Assembly (NCBI RefSeq): GCF_009914755.1
Contig: NC_060926.1
Direction: 5' to 3' (one strand)
DNA: 64,000 nucleotides
DNA from: the human T2T-CHM13v2.0 reference genome, Homo sapiens
The position numbers and the translations under genes were made by a program. This document shows positions 1 through 13,648 of this stretch, in pieces. The notes beneath the pieces were generated by a model. That model was not told where the DNA came from, made no database searches, and saw only the letters and a list, made by a program, of their open reading frames with translations. The number at the start of each line of letters is the position of its first letter. Within the stretch, counting starts at the first letter, position 1.

Positions 1-1224
1 TCCTGAAGCTTACCTCGCTTCTGGACTACCAGTTACAAGATTTTCTTATATTTTAAGTCAGTGTATGTATTGGGTTTGCTGTCAGTGACCTGCAGCCAGA
101 GGCATTCTAATAATTATATTAAATGAAATGACATATAGAGAGTTTGATTTTCTTGGGAGCTTTTACTTGAGTCATTTCAAGAATAGACCAATATTTTGTT
201 GGAAATATACTTAAGGTGCATTTGAGATAGAAGATTCTTTCCTAAGGATTGTGAGGGTGAGAACGACTGCTCTGCACAAAACAAAACAAGAGATTAATTT
301 TCTTATGGTTCTGGAGAGGGAGATGAGAACAACAGAAGAACAAGAGAGGAAGCAGAATCTGCATATGGTGGAAGGTCACCTTCTCCATGCAATATGAACC
401 TCTCTGTGACTCTCCCCCAAGGCCCTCAATAAAGCCTATAAAAGCCTTCTAAGTATTGCATTTTGTAAGGGATTGAGATAAATTGAATGATTGAAAAAAT
501 AATATATCTTATTGACCAGTCCAGGTTCTCAAATAGCCAGGCCAGGTCAACAGATACATAAGATGGAAATCTTGCAGATATTTTGCAAACAAATGTGTAA
601 AACTCTAGAAGGCATTCCCACTGGTTCCATATTAATGTGTGCCTTTGCCTTCCATTTCAACCATGTCATCTTTCATTGTTCTCTCACATACAACCTTCTA
701 TCTCCTTCTGCATTAAATCATCATGCATTTTGCTATTCAATCAATGGAAACATTTAATAAAGGTTTGCTAAAGGTCAACCAACATGCCAAGCACTAGAGT
801 TATACAGCTGAATAAGACAGAGTCGTCCTGAAAGAGTTCGCCTTCTCAAGGGAGAATGGAGACATGTGTTCCCCCATACCACATGCCTACCATGTGCCAT
901 CACTATGCTGGTCCTTAAGTATGTTACCTCACTTACACTACAGAATGTTGCTCTCAAGCAGAGGTCAGCCAACCTTGTCTGTAAAAGACCAGATATTAAA
1001 CATTTTAGTCTTGTGCTGGCCAAGATATAAAACTGAGCATATGATATAGATACTTGTATAACATGAGAGGAGATAACATTCCACACATTTTTTATTAATG
1101 GAAGTCAAAATATAACAATAATTGAATACGATTTATTTTTGTAATACAAGTCTACTAAGGAGAAGAATAAAACTCTGTGGGGTAGAAAATATTTCACTTA
1201 ATTGGGCTTCCAAGTGAGTGTGTA

Positions 1225-1632
1225 TGGTATGGTTTGAATGTCTTTCTTTGTTGCTTCCAAAATTCAGGTTAAAATTTAACCCCCAATGCAACACTATTAA
1301 GAGGTGTGGCCTTTAGAACTGAGTCATGAGGGCTGTGCCCTCATGAATGGGATTAGGTGCCCACCTGAAAGGGCTTGAAGGAGGACTTTCACTCCTCACT
1401 TTTCACCCCCTGTCCCTTCCACCATGTGAGGACACAGTGTTTCTCCCCTCCAGAGGATGCGGCGACAATGCATCATCTTAGAAGTGGACACCAGGTCCTC
1501 ACCAGACACCAAACCTGCTGGTATCTTGGTTTTGGACTTCTAGCCTCCGGCACTGTGAGAAATACATTTCTGTTCTTTATAAATTATCTGGCCTCAGGCA
1601 TTTTGTTATAGCCACACAAATGGAGTAAGACA
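1225..1632 (+). mobile_element. MaLR solo LTR (MST/MLT1A-like)
   Basis: Starts tatggtttgaatgt, contains gaggtgtggccttt...catgagggctgtgccctcatgaatgggattag, and ends ttgttatagc...taagaca. Confidence 0.8.
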
Positions 1633-1659
1633 GTTGGCTATTGTCAAATCAATTTCAAA

Positions 1660-2726
1660 TGCTCATTTGTTATAAACCACTCTCACTGCAATGAAAGGAA
1701 CCAATCTCCCTGGAAAAAAATGGCTGATTCTAAGTCTGAAGCAGGAAACACACAAGATGAGCCTGGAGCATCCTGTATTGCCAGAAAGCAAGAAAGTGCT
1801 AAAATGCACGCACACACAGGCACAGGTACATACACACACACAGGCACATGTACACACACACAGAGATACACAATGATGAAGGTATGTCAAAGGTGCCGAC
1901 TAGAAAAGCTCTCAATGGCCAAAGATGGAAAATTTTGAGCAAAAAAAAAAAAGTGTTAAATTATACTCCAAACAATAACAAAAATGTCCGTTAGTCCATA
2001 CTAGTATAAATAAGTTATTGAATAAATAAACGTGGGAGAATAAACAAATTTCTCATGCAGAATCCCAAATAATTGAAGTAGATACTTTATCCTTAAGGAA
2101 GTGGAGAAGCATAACTCCCCGCTCCCTAAGTGTGGGCTACACATAGTGACTTCCTTCCAGAGAGTACAGTCTGGAGAGAAGAGGGAAAAGGTAATTTTAC
2201 AGTGGAGAAGCCTGACCAATGCTTCAGCCAGGTGATTAAGGTCAGCATCCACAGTAATAAATCATGTTGTTAGTATGTAACCTTGATAAGACATGATGAA
2301 CATGGCACTTTATCTCTGTGGTTGTCCTCCCCAAAACGTGTAACTACAGTCTGATCATGGGTCAAACGTCATAAAAATCTATATAGAGGAACATCTTAGA
2401 AAATACATAGTCCTCCTCAAGGTCATGAAAACAAGGAAAGTCTGAGAAATCATTGCAGCCAAGAGTGGCCTCGGAGACGTGATGATCAAATGTAATGTGG
2501 TGTCCTAGACAGGATCCTGGAACAACCAGAAAAAGACAGTAGGTAAAAAGTAAAGAAATCTGAATGAAGTATGGATTTTAGTCAATAGTAAGGCATCAAT
2601 TCATTAATTGTGACAAATGTGCCCAACTAATGTAAAATGTTTATGAGGAAAACCAGACATGGAGTATATGGGAACTTTTAGTAATATCTTCACAACTTTC
2701 CTGTAAATCAAAATCTGTTCTAAAAT
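1660..2726 (+). mobile_element. Old L1 (L1MC/L1MD-like) 3' region
   Basis: Carries the motif gatgagcctggagcatcctgtattgccagaaag and ends cacaactttcctgtaaatcaaaatctgttctaaaa. It is homologous to 48900-49540. Confidence 0.7.
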
Positions 2727-3104
2727 AGAAAATGTGGCACATATACGCCATGGAATACTATGCAGCCATAAAAAACGATGAGTTCATGTCCTTTGTAGGG
2801 ACATGGATGAAGCTGGAAACCATCATTCTCAGCAAACTATCGCAAGGACAAAAAACCAAACACCGCATGTTCTCACTCATAGGTGAGAACTGAACAATGA
2901 GAACACATGGACACAGGAAGGGGAACGTCACACACCGGGGCCTGTTGTGGGGTAGGGGGAGAGGGGAGGGATAGCATTAGGAGATATACCTAATGCTAAA
3001 TGACGAGTTAATGGGTGCAGCACACCAACATGGCACACGTATACATATGTAACAAATCTGCACGTTGTGCACATGTACCCTAAAACTTAAAGCATAAAAA
3101 AAAA
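2727..3104 (+). mobile_element. 5'-truncated L1PA 3' end
   Basis: Reads aaatgtggcacatatacgccatggaatactatgcagccataaaa...taccctaaaacttaaagcata followed by poly(A), close to the young L1PA 3'UTR. Confidence 0.92.
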
Positions 3105-4544
3105 TACAGAAAACACAAATAAAATAAAAACTTCTATATCCATCAAAAAAAAGTGTATGAAAAATTCACACACACATGCACAATCACTCTTAGTTTAAGC
3201 GCTGTGCAAAAACAAGCTTTGGGCTATATGTTGGCCTATGGGCCATAGTTTATCGATACCTGCTCAAATAGGCTACTTCCATTTCCATTTTGTAGCTGAA
3301 AAAACTGAGGTCAAGGACTAATTCTAATCACATCAGCGTTCATCAAACCCTTGTGATCAATTGTGTAATAATTGTGATAATTGTGATATAGTGTGAATAA
3401 TATCAAAGTCTATGCTCTTTATTGTAGCATAGGAGAACTCTTCTTCCCCCTACCTGAAAGCATCTGATGATTCTTCATTGACTCCATCACTCTCTAATCA
3501 GGAAGAAATGTATTTTTAGGAGGTCCCGGGAGATTTTCTTGAAGGGCCCACTGAGCCACACTGACCCACAATCACCCCTAAAAGCAAGGGAAGCTGGAGA
3601 AGGTGACAGCTGACATTTTCAATTCTATGTTGCATCACAAGAAGGGCAGAGAAACGGCTGTGGTGGAGGCACCCAGTGGTATTTGCCAGGGTTGTTGTGA
3701 GTGGTTACTTATAATTTTAAGGTGATTTCATACATATGTTTCTTTTCTATGGTTAATGTTTTCCCTATAAGTAAACTACAAAACACTTTAACAGAAAGAA
3801 CTATGACTTAAACTATCATATACCTGAAAAGTTAGTTTTGTTTGGTTTTGTTTACCTGGACTTACAACATTGTTTGAAGAAAAGATCAGTTCAGACTCCC
3901 AGACACTTCTCAGTTCTTGGAGAAAATCACAGCCAGACAAAATTGTTCAAAAAATTTATAGCCTCATGAAATGAAGAAACAGAAGCCAGTAGGGCAGAGT
4001 TACTAAGTGACAGGGTGGGAGGCCCAGGCCCCACTGTGCTAAGTGGAGACTTTGGTCAAAGAGGCCAACTCAACGGTTAAGACCACTTGGAAATAACTTA
4101 TCTGCATGTGTCATTTTGTGGCAAGAGTAAAAAGCTTTGAAAAAAACTCCCGAATGAGCTGGAGACACTGCTGTACCATTTCTAGATGGCAGGGATCCCT
4201 GTCATTACATGTAGTTGCTTTGGCTTGTGAAGACTCACATATTAGAGAACTAATTATGGCTACACTGAGTTATAAGACCACCATCAGTTCAAGAATTCTG
4301 GAGTAGTAGTTAACTCTGGCTTATCAAGTACTATTTTCACAGCTAGTGCAAAGTAACAACTTGAGACGGTGGAGTTTTGACACCCTTAGAGAATGTGCTC
4401 CCTGCTCTAGAAGGACTATTCCTCACACATATCACAATGTACTAACTGCAGATCCCAATCATTAATCATAAAAGCGAGGGTACTATCCTACTTTGTGATC
4501 ATGTCTGAATGTAAAACAAGAACAGCAGCAACAACAACAATAGC

Positions 4545-4740
4545 TAACGTGCTGAATCTTGGTGGGCGCTGGAGGGAGGCTAAGTGATACACACACAGTC
4601 TGGCATCCAATGCTCACAACGATTCTTCAAGGGAGGCCCTATCATGATCCCCATTTTTCAAATTTTGAAGCTTAGACCCAGAGAGCTACTTGTCCAAAGT
4701 CATTACCAAGTAAACAATTGAAGTAAGGTTTTAATCTACT
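4545..4740 (-). mobile_element. MIR fragment
   Basis: Degenerate MIR core (ccccatttt...acttgtccaaagtca). Confidence 0.55.
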
Positions 4741-6189
4741 CTGCTACAAATAAGCTGCCCTATAGTGGAGTTTACCTTTCCTTCATGGTGCTCTATGAAG
4801 TGTAATTCTATATTTATTTGTTTGTTAGATGAAGGTCTGGTTCAAAACAAGCTATAAGCTCGGGAGGCAGGATCCTCTGGTAGGGCTCTTGTCGGTCAGC
4901 ATCTGCCTGACAAAGAATAAGTGCTCGATGAGATGAATTCTTATCATTGAATGTCCAAATGAATGAGCAAATGTCTTTAGATATATTTGGTGGCCACTCT
5001 CAGATGGTCAGAAGGCTCTGCCCAAGATCTGAATTTGCAAGCTCCATTAATTGGCTTTCAAGGGACAAACTGTGATTGATAAAAGACTTTAGTTTTTTAA
5101 ACAAGTCCTTTAAGAGACATCGCATATAATGAATTTAAGACTTTGGGAGATTGAAAATGATTTCAGAGGGTGTGATTGAAGCAGCTTGCAAATGAAGACC
5201 AATAAGCAAAAAAGACACGGAGGCTCAGACAATGTCCAGGTGCTCGTGGGGGTCAAGAGGCAAATGGAGTACAACTCACACCTTTTCATGGCCCTCTCCT
5301 ATCATCGATCAAGAAGTGTCTGAGCAACACACAACCAAAGGGTCTTTTATAGGAAGATGGGAGTAAGTATGTCTGCACAACACTCTGCTGCATGTTCCCA
5401 TGACTGTTTAACCAACCAAGTTAATATTTTGTACTTACCTTACTTCCACTTAACTGAAAATATTAATGTATTGCACTGTATCATTTAATAATCAGAATGT
5501 GGGTGTACTGCTGTGTCATTTGTAGGATTAGGAACAGATGTTTTGAGGGTAGAGCGGGAAGGAAAAGAACCTTAAATAATTCTTTTTGCTTAAAACTCTC
5601 CCTCACACCTGGTTCCAGGACTCCTCTTGGCCTTACCTGACGTTCCTGTGTACAGTTAAAAATGCATTTTTAAAAATAACTCTGGGACTTCAGAGCAGCA
5701 TTTGGATACAAAATGGAACTGAATATAGGGTGGCTCTAAACGGCCTTCAAGTTTCTAAGAACCATGGAGCTATTTGCTAAGGCAATTTCATTTAGCCTCC
5801 ACAGGATAGCAGCGCCTCCACAGGATAGCAGCACGCAAGGTATTTCTTGAGGCCACAGGTGCCTGCCCTCAATGCCTGGAAGCATCTCCGGATTCCAGTG
5901 TGCCCACCGTTCACTTGTGCTGCATTTCACTGGCAAATTCGGATATAAAACTTCAGATAAGAATTCTTATTTTTTTTCCACACTTCACACTGACAAGCAG
6001 CTAGGGTGAGCTTACTGACAATTAGGAGGTCAGAAAGCCTTGCAGAGGCAAAGGAGGGGGCTCCGGCAGCCACAGAGGTGCACTCCTCAGGTTATTTAAT
6101 ATGGTATCAACCATGGGATTGTTTGGCAAACAATATCACATCCAAAACTTTTTATATATAGTTTTCAAAGAACAAAAGAGACAACTGCA

Positions 6190-7100
6190 TCCTTGACTTG
6201 ATCACATTTATTCAATATGGTTGGAAATTAGCAAGAATCAGAAGAAGCACATATCAATCAAATACAGCCACAAAAACATCCTGGAGATAAATAAAGCTGC
6301 ACTATGAGAAATACTCACTACTGAAGGAACCAGTACTCTCTTACATTTACTACCTCTTAGCAACAAACAACTCAAATGTAAATTTAATTTACTCACAATA
6401 TAGAACCCTTGACTTTTTAAAGAAAAATATAGATTCAAATCAATCAGAATTTGCCTCGCTAGGCCTTTTCGTTACGTATGTTTTTGAGGCCTAGTTCGAC
6501 GACTGTTACGAAAATGACAAAAACAAACTCGAAAGAATGTTTCCACAAAGTTCAACAAAACAGTGCAGAAATAAGTTACTTACCCATGCACAGAATAAGG
6601 CAAAGGCTAATTTCATTCGGGTTAGGAATAGTAAATTTAACTAGTTTCTTTTCCACAAAACGAACATTTCAGACTTCTTTTTAAGTAACGGGTATACTCT
6701 ATTATACATCATATGCTACGTTACGTGGTTTTCCTAACTCTACTCAGAAAGCCGGCACTCAAACGTCAAACAGAAACTTCTCCTTGATTAGACTTATTCT
6801 GTAACAACCACAGAAATTAATCTGGGTCTCGTGATAGTGTCTACAGTGAAAAGAGCACACACTAGTAGAAGCACACAGTTTAGAGAGCTGAAGGTACATT
6901 AAAACATCGTCTATAGGTTTCACAAATTTTGTTTTTAAAATATTTTTTCCAAACTAAAAGCTGCAGAAAATTAGTTCTTAAATATTCTACTGAAAACTCT
7001 TGAGCAGCTAGCATTTTAAATTTCTTAAGCTTTTTATTTTCTTAAAAATATTTAAATGAGTGTAGTATCTCATCTTTTTGAAAAATAATCCAAAAAAAGA
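6190..7100 (-). other. DNER: DNER 3' UTR (~0.9 kb)
   Basis: Repeat-free, AU-rich sequence between the stop codon and the polyadenylation signal. The 3' end is approximate. Confidence 0.85.
6207..6212 (-). terminator. Polyadenylation signal AATAAA of DNER
   Basis: Plus-strand tttatt reads AATAAA on the minus strand. It is followed ~25-45 nt downstream by a GU/U-rich element (gttgtctcttttgttcttt). Confidence 0.85.
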
Positions 7101-7212
7101 TTACAAATCTTTAGTTTTAATCAGTGTGACCAAGGGTTTGTCATCAGGACTGTAATCTTCATAGGCGATGGGGCTCACATCATACATTGCAGGCCGGGAT
7201 TTCTTTCCAAAC
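7101..7212 (-). CDS. DNER: DNER last coding exon (probably exon 13): cytoplasmic C-terminus
   Basis: Acceptor is ctctctgatttcag|G. It encodes (R)FGKKSRPAMYDVSPIAYEDYSPDDKPLVTLIKTKDL, then TAA at 7103-7101. The phase matches the preceding exon (AG+G = Arg). It is too short to appear in the ORF track. Confidence 0.96.
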
Positions 7213-8969
7213 CTGAAATCAGAGAGAAAGGACTCTGGTTAGATAAATACTAGATCTCAAGTTTAATTAAAGCAAGTGATGAGAATAATTTATATGCATG
7301 AATTAAATGAAACTGTAAAAACATATTCTATAGCAAGCATAGAAACTTTAGACATCCTAATATTAACACTGAATGTGTATAAACATTAGTCTTTGGTGTT
7401 CGAGGCAAAAAAACATATTTCACAAAATGTAGAGCTCAAAGTTGGAGCTTGCAGGTTAAATCTTGGCAAAGCAGTCAAGCATGACAGCTCCACAATAGAT
7501 TTTAAGAAAATGTGTATTGATTTGTCTTTTTCTTCTGAGGCCCATAAATATTTGGAGAGGTGAGTTTATTTTATATCTACTCCAGTGCCTGGAATATAGA
7601 ACACCAGGGCAGTCTTCCCCGGGCCATGGACAGACAGCCTTTCCTGTGGGATTTTCAGGGGATAAGCTGTGAAGGTTTAAGGTCATCTGAGATCCCAACA
7701 CAAAAGGGCAGAGGTGGGAAATGACTTCAGATACAGAGGTGTCTGTCCACAAACTATGCCAGAACTCACCATTGAATCCCACCCACCTATCACCTCCCAA
7801 CCTTATGGACACAGAAGCCAATGTTTTCCTCAGAGCACAAAGCCATTGTCCCAACAGATTTGTATGTATCAAAATTGCCTCGACAGCAGGACTGCCTCTC
7901 AGAAGCCAAGGGAGTCAAAATCCAATTTCAGGACTTCCTGTCAAACCTGTCGTAAGGTGGCAATTATTAAAATAAAGCCAATTCAACTTCTGGGTGGTCT
8001 CTTCCCATTCAAGACCTCACCTTCCCTACAAGCCCTGGAGTGCAACAGGATTCAAACGATCTTCCACACTAACCCATCCTCCCTCCTCCTTTGTCTGGAC
8101 AACATTTTTTAATTGTTTCAATTCCACCAGGGCTCTTTAAAAAGACATTTTAAAAGAACCTTAAATTTTACAAGGTTCCTAGGATGGGGTCCCTAGGAAT
8201 TAAAGGGGCTTATTTGCCATGGCTCCTGTCCCAACTCTCCTCTTTTCCTATTTTTTCCTTTGATATGTTGAAAGTCTGTCTTCTCATGTATGGAGATGGG
8301 AAGTAGAATCAAGCGGGAAATGAGAAAACAGTGCGTTCTTCATGTGATCTTTCATTTTAAACAGTCATCAATCTTGTATTCCAATCCTCTCAAATTTTAC
8401 TGGCCTTGAAGAGCACAAAGGCATATGCTATGCCAGACAGGCACCAGGCAAAACACGGGGTTAAAGAGTTAAAGCATTCTACCCTCAGAAAAACCCACAG
8501 CTATTACTGCAATATGACAAAAGACTTCAATAAATACTTTCTAAAATGTGAAGCCTCACTGAAGGTCCACCATTGTGCTCACATAGATGTGGGTCAGGCT
8601 CTAGCCTGCAGTTTGTTCACCTAAATTGAGTGAGGCCTGCATAATCTAAGGATAGGAAAAGTGTCAACAGAGTAAAAGTGTCAACAGGCCTGCTGGGTCT
8701 TACACTTTCTCCCAAGTCTGACAATTTCCTAGGCTGCTTTAAGATGCAAACATTTTGACAATTTATTTCTCATAAAATACCTAGATACACCACCACTAAT
8801 AATAATTTAACCAAAAATATCCAGCAACCCAGTGAAGAGCTCTCCATATCTAACATAGTAGGATATAGAGAGCTTTGACTTGAGGGCCAACAAATTATAT
8901 TAACTAACTAATTATTCGATTGGTTGGCTGAAAGGAAAAACCCAATTGTATATATCTTTAAAACATCCT

Positions 8970-9261
8970 TTTTTTTATTTTTTATTTTTGAGACAGAGTC
9001 TCGCACTGTTGCCCAGGCTGGAGTGCAGTGGCGTGGTCTCGGCTCACGCGGCAAGCTCCACCTCCTATGTTCGTGCCATTCTCCTGCCTCAGCTTCCCGA
9101 GTAGCTGGGACTACAGGCGCCCGCCACCACGCCCAGCTAATTTTTTGTATTTTTAGTAGAGACGGGGTTTCACTGTGTTAGCCAGGATGGTCTCAATCTC
9201 CTGACCTCGTGATCCACCCGCCTCGGCCTCCCAAAGTGCTGAGATTACAGGCGTGAGCCAC
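8970..9261 (-). mobile_element. Alu (AluY-like)
   Basis: Poly(T) followed by gagacagagtctcgc. AluY-type diagnostics gcaagctcc, ccattctcc and ttagccaggatggtctc are present. Confidence 0.95.
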
Positions 9262-9959
9262 AGATCCACTGAGTATGACAAGGCAAGGGCTGATGCCTCT
9301 CAAGAGTGAGCCACATGGCCACCTATGCATGTTCAAGGTCAACTGAAGAGCAAGGAGCACCACTCTGTGTCCACACTGGTTAACTGAGCTGTGTGGCCCG
9401 GTCCTAATGGGATTAACTCCAAACAAGTATGGGTCATAAAGTATAATGCTAGTTACGAAGGTGGTTAAAATAAGACTAATAGCCCCAGCACCAGAAGAGA
9501 GAGCAGGCAGGCTTGGAGCTGGAATCCCTGCATTTCAACTTACTAGCTGCTGAGAACTTTGTCCAAATTCCTTAGGAGAATTTTGGAGGTTTCCACCTGA
9601 AATGCTGTATCTACCATATGGAAGCTAAAATGACGTCGTTTATAGAAACACCACAGTTTTAAAACACACAGTACAATGAAAAGACTTTGTTTGAATCTCC
9701 TACACCTCTCACAGTAGCAGGCTTACACTTGTTGGTAAACGAATGTGCATTCATGTCTACATTTAAAAGACTAACAGTGTTTTTTTTTTTAATATCTCAG
9801 GCACTAAATCAATGTCAGAGGCTGTTTATTTTATTGCAGGCATTTTCATGCAAGTGTTCATTTTAAAAATAACTACTACTTTTTATCATAAAGGTACATT
9901 TTAAATGTAAAAAAAAACCAAAATAAAATTGGAAGCTAGAGAAAATTATAAAATAGACT

Positions 9960-10141
9960 AGGGGTTAGCAAACTATAGTCCACAGGCCAATTCCAGCCTG
10001 ATGCCTGTTTTTCAAATAAAGTCTTAGTTGAACATAGTCAAGCCTATTCACACTTCCTCTGGCTGCTTTTGCACAACAAAGGCTGAGTTGAGTAGTCAGG
10101 ACAATATGGCCTGCAAAGTCTAAAACATTTTACAGGTCCCT
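9960..10141 (+). mobile_element. MER58A-like hAT-Charlie DNA transposon
   Basis: Reads aggggttagcaaactatagtccacaggccaa...aaataaagtc...gagttgagtagt...atatggcctgcaaag. Confidence 0.75.
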
Positions 10142-10784
10142 GATGAAGACCACAAGAATCGCCCTTAGTGCTGCTCTCCAAAGGACGTGTCAATGTTTTG
10201 TGCATTATTCTTCAGTCTGCCCATCCCTCAATCCCACATCCCTTCCATTCATTTTACAAATATGTATGAAGCCCCTCTGAAAGTATTATATATAATAATT
10301 ATATTACATATTTTAACAAAATTGAGAAAATACTCTGAATACTGTATTGAGACTGACTTTTTTCAATCGATAGTCTGTGTAATGTTTTACTCAGCATTCT
10401 TGTTAAGTAAAAAAAAAAAATTCCTACAAGTTAAAACATTAATAAGAAAATGTTTCTTCTGTGCTGGGTGGGGCGGGCTGGGTGGAACACTTAGTGTTCA
10501 TAGTAACATGTTCCCACCTGAAGTAGCTCATGGCCCACGACATGACCACAGACCATGACACTTGGGAAATGTCTGCTGATGGTCCATGAGGAAGCCAGAT
10601 CTTTAAAAGATGGGAAGGAGTTGACACACTCCCCCTCCTCCTGAAAAAATAGCTCAAATACCCTAATGTGGTGGCTCCATCTGCGGCTCCTTCCTAGCCC
10701 CTCGAGGGGTGATGCATCCATTGTCCTTGGTGCTCACTCAACATCACATTCCATTGTCTTGTTTTCACTGATTGATCATCTCAT

Positions 10785-10930
10785 CTCATCATCATAACAA
10801 CCTCGTGAAGTGAGTACATCTCATTTATCCTGTATTACAGATGAGGAAACAGACACTTAGGAATAATTTTCCTAAGGTCACACCTGGTGGGAGGTGGAGC
10901 TTTCTGGCTTCCAAGCCTAGATGCTGAACA
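10785..10930 (-). mobile_element. MIR fragment
   Basis: Reads tacagatgaggaaacaga...cctaaggtcacac. Confidence 0.65.
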
Positions 10931-12545
10931 CTTCGTTGCAACCTTCATGCATGTGACGACCCCATAAACTGAAGCTCTCACTTAACCTGTGCCTGACAAG
11001 AGGCTATGTACTTCTGCATTGAAAGGCATCACCTTCAAATCAGCACATCCTCCTTCTCATTAACAAACTCTGGCTTACAAATCTCACTTACAAGTCCTGG
11101 TTTTCTCACAAACTCTGTGACCCTTGTGTAAATTGTATTATCTCACTAAGCCCAAATTTCTTTTGCCTATAATGGGGGACTAATGATACATGGTCCCCTA
11201 CATTCTTGTGAGATGCTTGCCAATGAGTTATTTGTGAATGATTTAGCACAGTGTCTGGCCCACGGGAAGCTTTCAGTAAGTGTTGGCCATCACAGAGGCA
11301 CTAACAGAAATGACAGCACCAGTAATATCAGTTAGCACGGACATCTCAAACATCCTATTTGGTGACAAGTCTTGTGTGTCTATTTCTTCAAAGAAACAAA
11401 AGATACTGTAACCAGTTATAAGGCAGGTCAAAGAGCCGCTAGTTCATGGTCCTCTGAAAGTCAACCACTAAAACAATGCCGCAGAAAGAATGTCAGATCT
11501 TGAGAAAGGCCAAAATTGGAAGGTTTTGAGCTATTGGGGAAAAAAACTGAACATGTCCTCCATTGTCTTTTTCCCGTGATCAGGCACTTCTAGCTCGTAG
11601 AGCAGTCAACTGAGTGGGACCTCAGTGTCAGAACTTGGAGAACCCTGGCTTTGCTCCTGCTGGTCAGTTACAAGCTCTTCCCTGCCTGAGTACAAGCAAA
11701 GCAAGCATGTTGCAGATGACTCCTGGGATGAGGAAGAGAGGGAGGGGTCTCCTTCTCAACCCTACTAGGAGTTACAACCAACAGACTCTGACATCAGAAT
11801 CACCCGACACAGCCTCAGTCACTCGTGTGACCCACTCCATGTGCCCTGTGTGGCTGCTGGGCTGCAGTCATTCTGATCCAATGTCACCTCCAGGATAGTA
11901 GCAGTGAGACAGCCCATAAAATGGACACTGGCTGCTGAAAACTATGGAGAGGATAACATCAAAAGGTCTAAGTTTTTGCCAATGCCTTTCTAGGGTTTCC
12001 AGGAAAAGAGGGCCAATCAGCCTGAGACCCAGCCATGGCCTCTACACAGCCATGCTGTAGAAACCCCAGGTTGGAGCTGAATAAACGTTCAGAAGAGAAG
12101 TTTTCCTAAAGGGAAAGTATTGTTTTAATGTCAATAGTTTTATCTGCAGTCACTGGTGCATGCAGGAGCTTGCCCGTTAGGAATTCCGCAGTAAATATTT
12201 TTGATATAAATCAGCACCAAATAAGAGCCAGGTTTGTAAATGCTTTCAAGTTTATTCTTTCCTTCCAAGAGTATTCAGTTAAATATCTTCCCCATGGGCC
12301 ATATGAGCAGAAGGCTCAGCAGAATCTATCTTAAACTATTTTGGGGCTGAATTAAACACTCCACCACTTGAGCCCTGAAGGATCGTAGCCATGGATGCCT
12401 GTAGGGGCAGAGGGAATCCTAATTGTCTCCCAACACATGAGAATACAATGCCATGGATTCTGCTCCCTCCTGGTAAAAAAGCCCCTCCAGGAATGATGAG
12501 GACAGAAAAGGTTCTTGGGCACCAAAGAAACTTGTCAATTCTCTG

Positions 12546-12546
<1 letters not shown>

Positions 12547-12576
<30 letters not shown>

Positions 12577-12724
12577 CTGAGACAGAGTCTCCCTCTGTCG
12601 CCCAGGCTGGGGTGATGGAGTTTCACCTTGTTAGCCAGGATGATCTCTATCTCTTGACCTCATTATCCGCCCTCCTCAGCCTCCCAAAGTGCTGGGATTA
12701 CAGGTGTGAGCCACATGCCTGGCC
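12547..12724 (-). mobile_element. Alu with internal deletion
   Basis: A ~30-nt T tract, then gagacagagtctccctctgtcgcccaggctgg, jumping directly to left-arm sequence. The TSD-like ctctgct occurs on both sides. Confidence 0.9.
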
Positions 12725-13407
12725 TCCTCTGCTCCTTTTTAAGTTCTTCATCTCCAATCCAGTAATTTCAGGATACTGCAAATGTTCCTCTAGGCTGGGG
12801 CCACTTACTGAGTTGGTGCCCTGGGATGAGTCTACCTCTCAAGCCGGTCAAGGCACCCTATTCCAACCCCTAACTGAGATCATCCATTCATTTCAAACCT
12901 CAAATGTTAATGAGGTCTACTACCTGCCAGGACCCACTGGAGACATAGAAATAAAAGCTACTACCCTTTATTTACAGGGTAGTGGCATAAAGAGTCAAAT
13001 AAACAATTAAGGTGGGGCTTGCAAGGGTTGGTATCAGGGCTTCCTGGTTGTTGTATTGCCTCAGTTCGCTCTGAAAGGAAGGCGCTAAGATGAGCAGCCA
13101 TGCAGGGTCCAAGCTGGAGGAGGGTTGAGTTCTCTGTCCTCCCTCGCAGTTACATAAGCAAGACTGGGTGCAGCTCCCACCTCAGCACTGGTGCAGATGC
13201 TCAGGGTCTCCCAAGTTCTCCCTCCCACTGGCTCCTCCCCATGGAAGCTGAGTTCTGGCTTTTGCTTCTATTAGAATGACAAGATCACTGTAAGATCTGA
13301 GAATTGGGTTTGGGGAATTTCTTTTGGAGAAAGCAAACTCTTCGAACCTCTTAGCTTCTATGCCATTCAGATAGAATAATTTGGGTTTTCTCATGTCTCT
13401 CTCTCTC

Positions 13408-13648
<241 letters not shown>

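Noticed and set aside
1660-2300. Similarity to 48900-49540 suggesting a segmental duplication
   Set aside because: Both are diverged copies of the same old L1 3' region.
7456-8112. Overlapping 132-138 aa ORFs in the last intron
   Set aside because: They have no domain resemblance or splice structure, and their lengths are compatible with chance.
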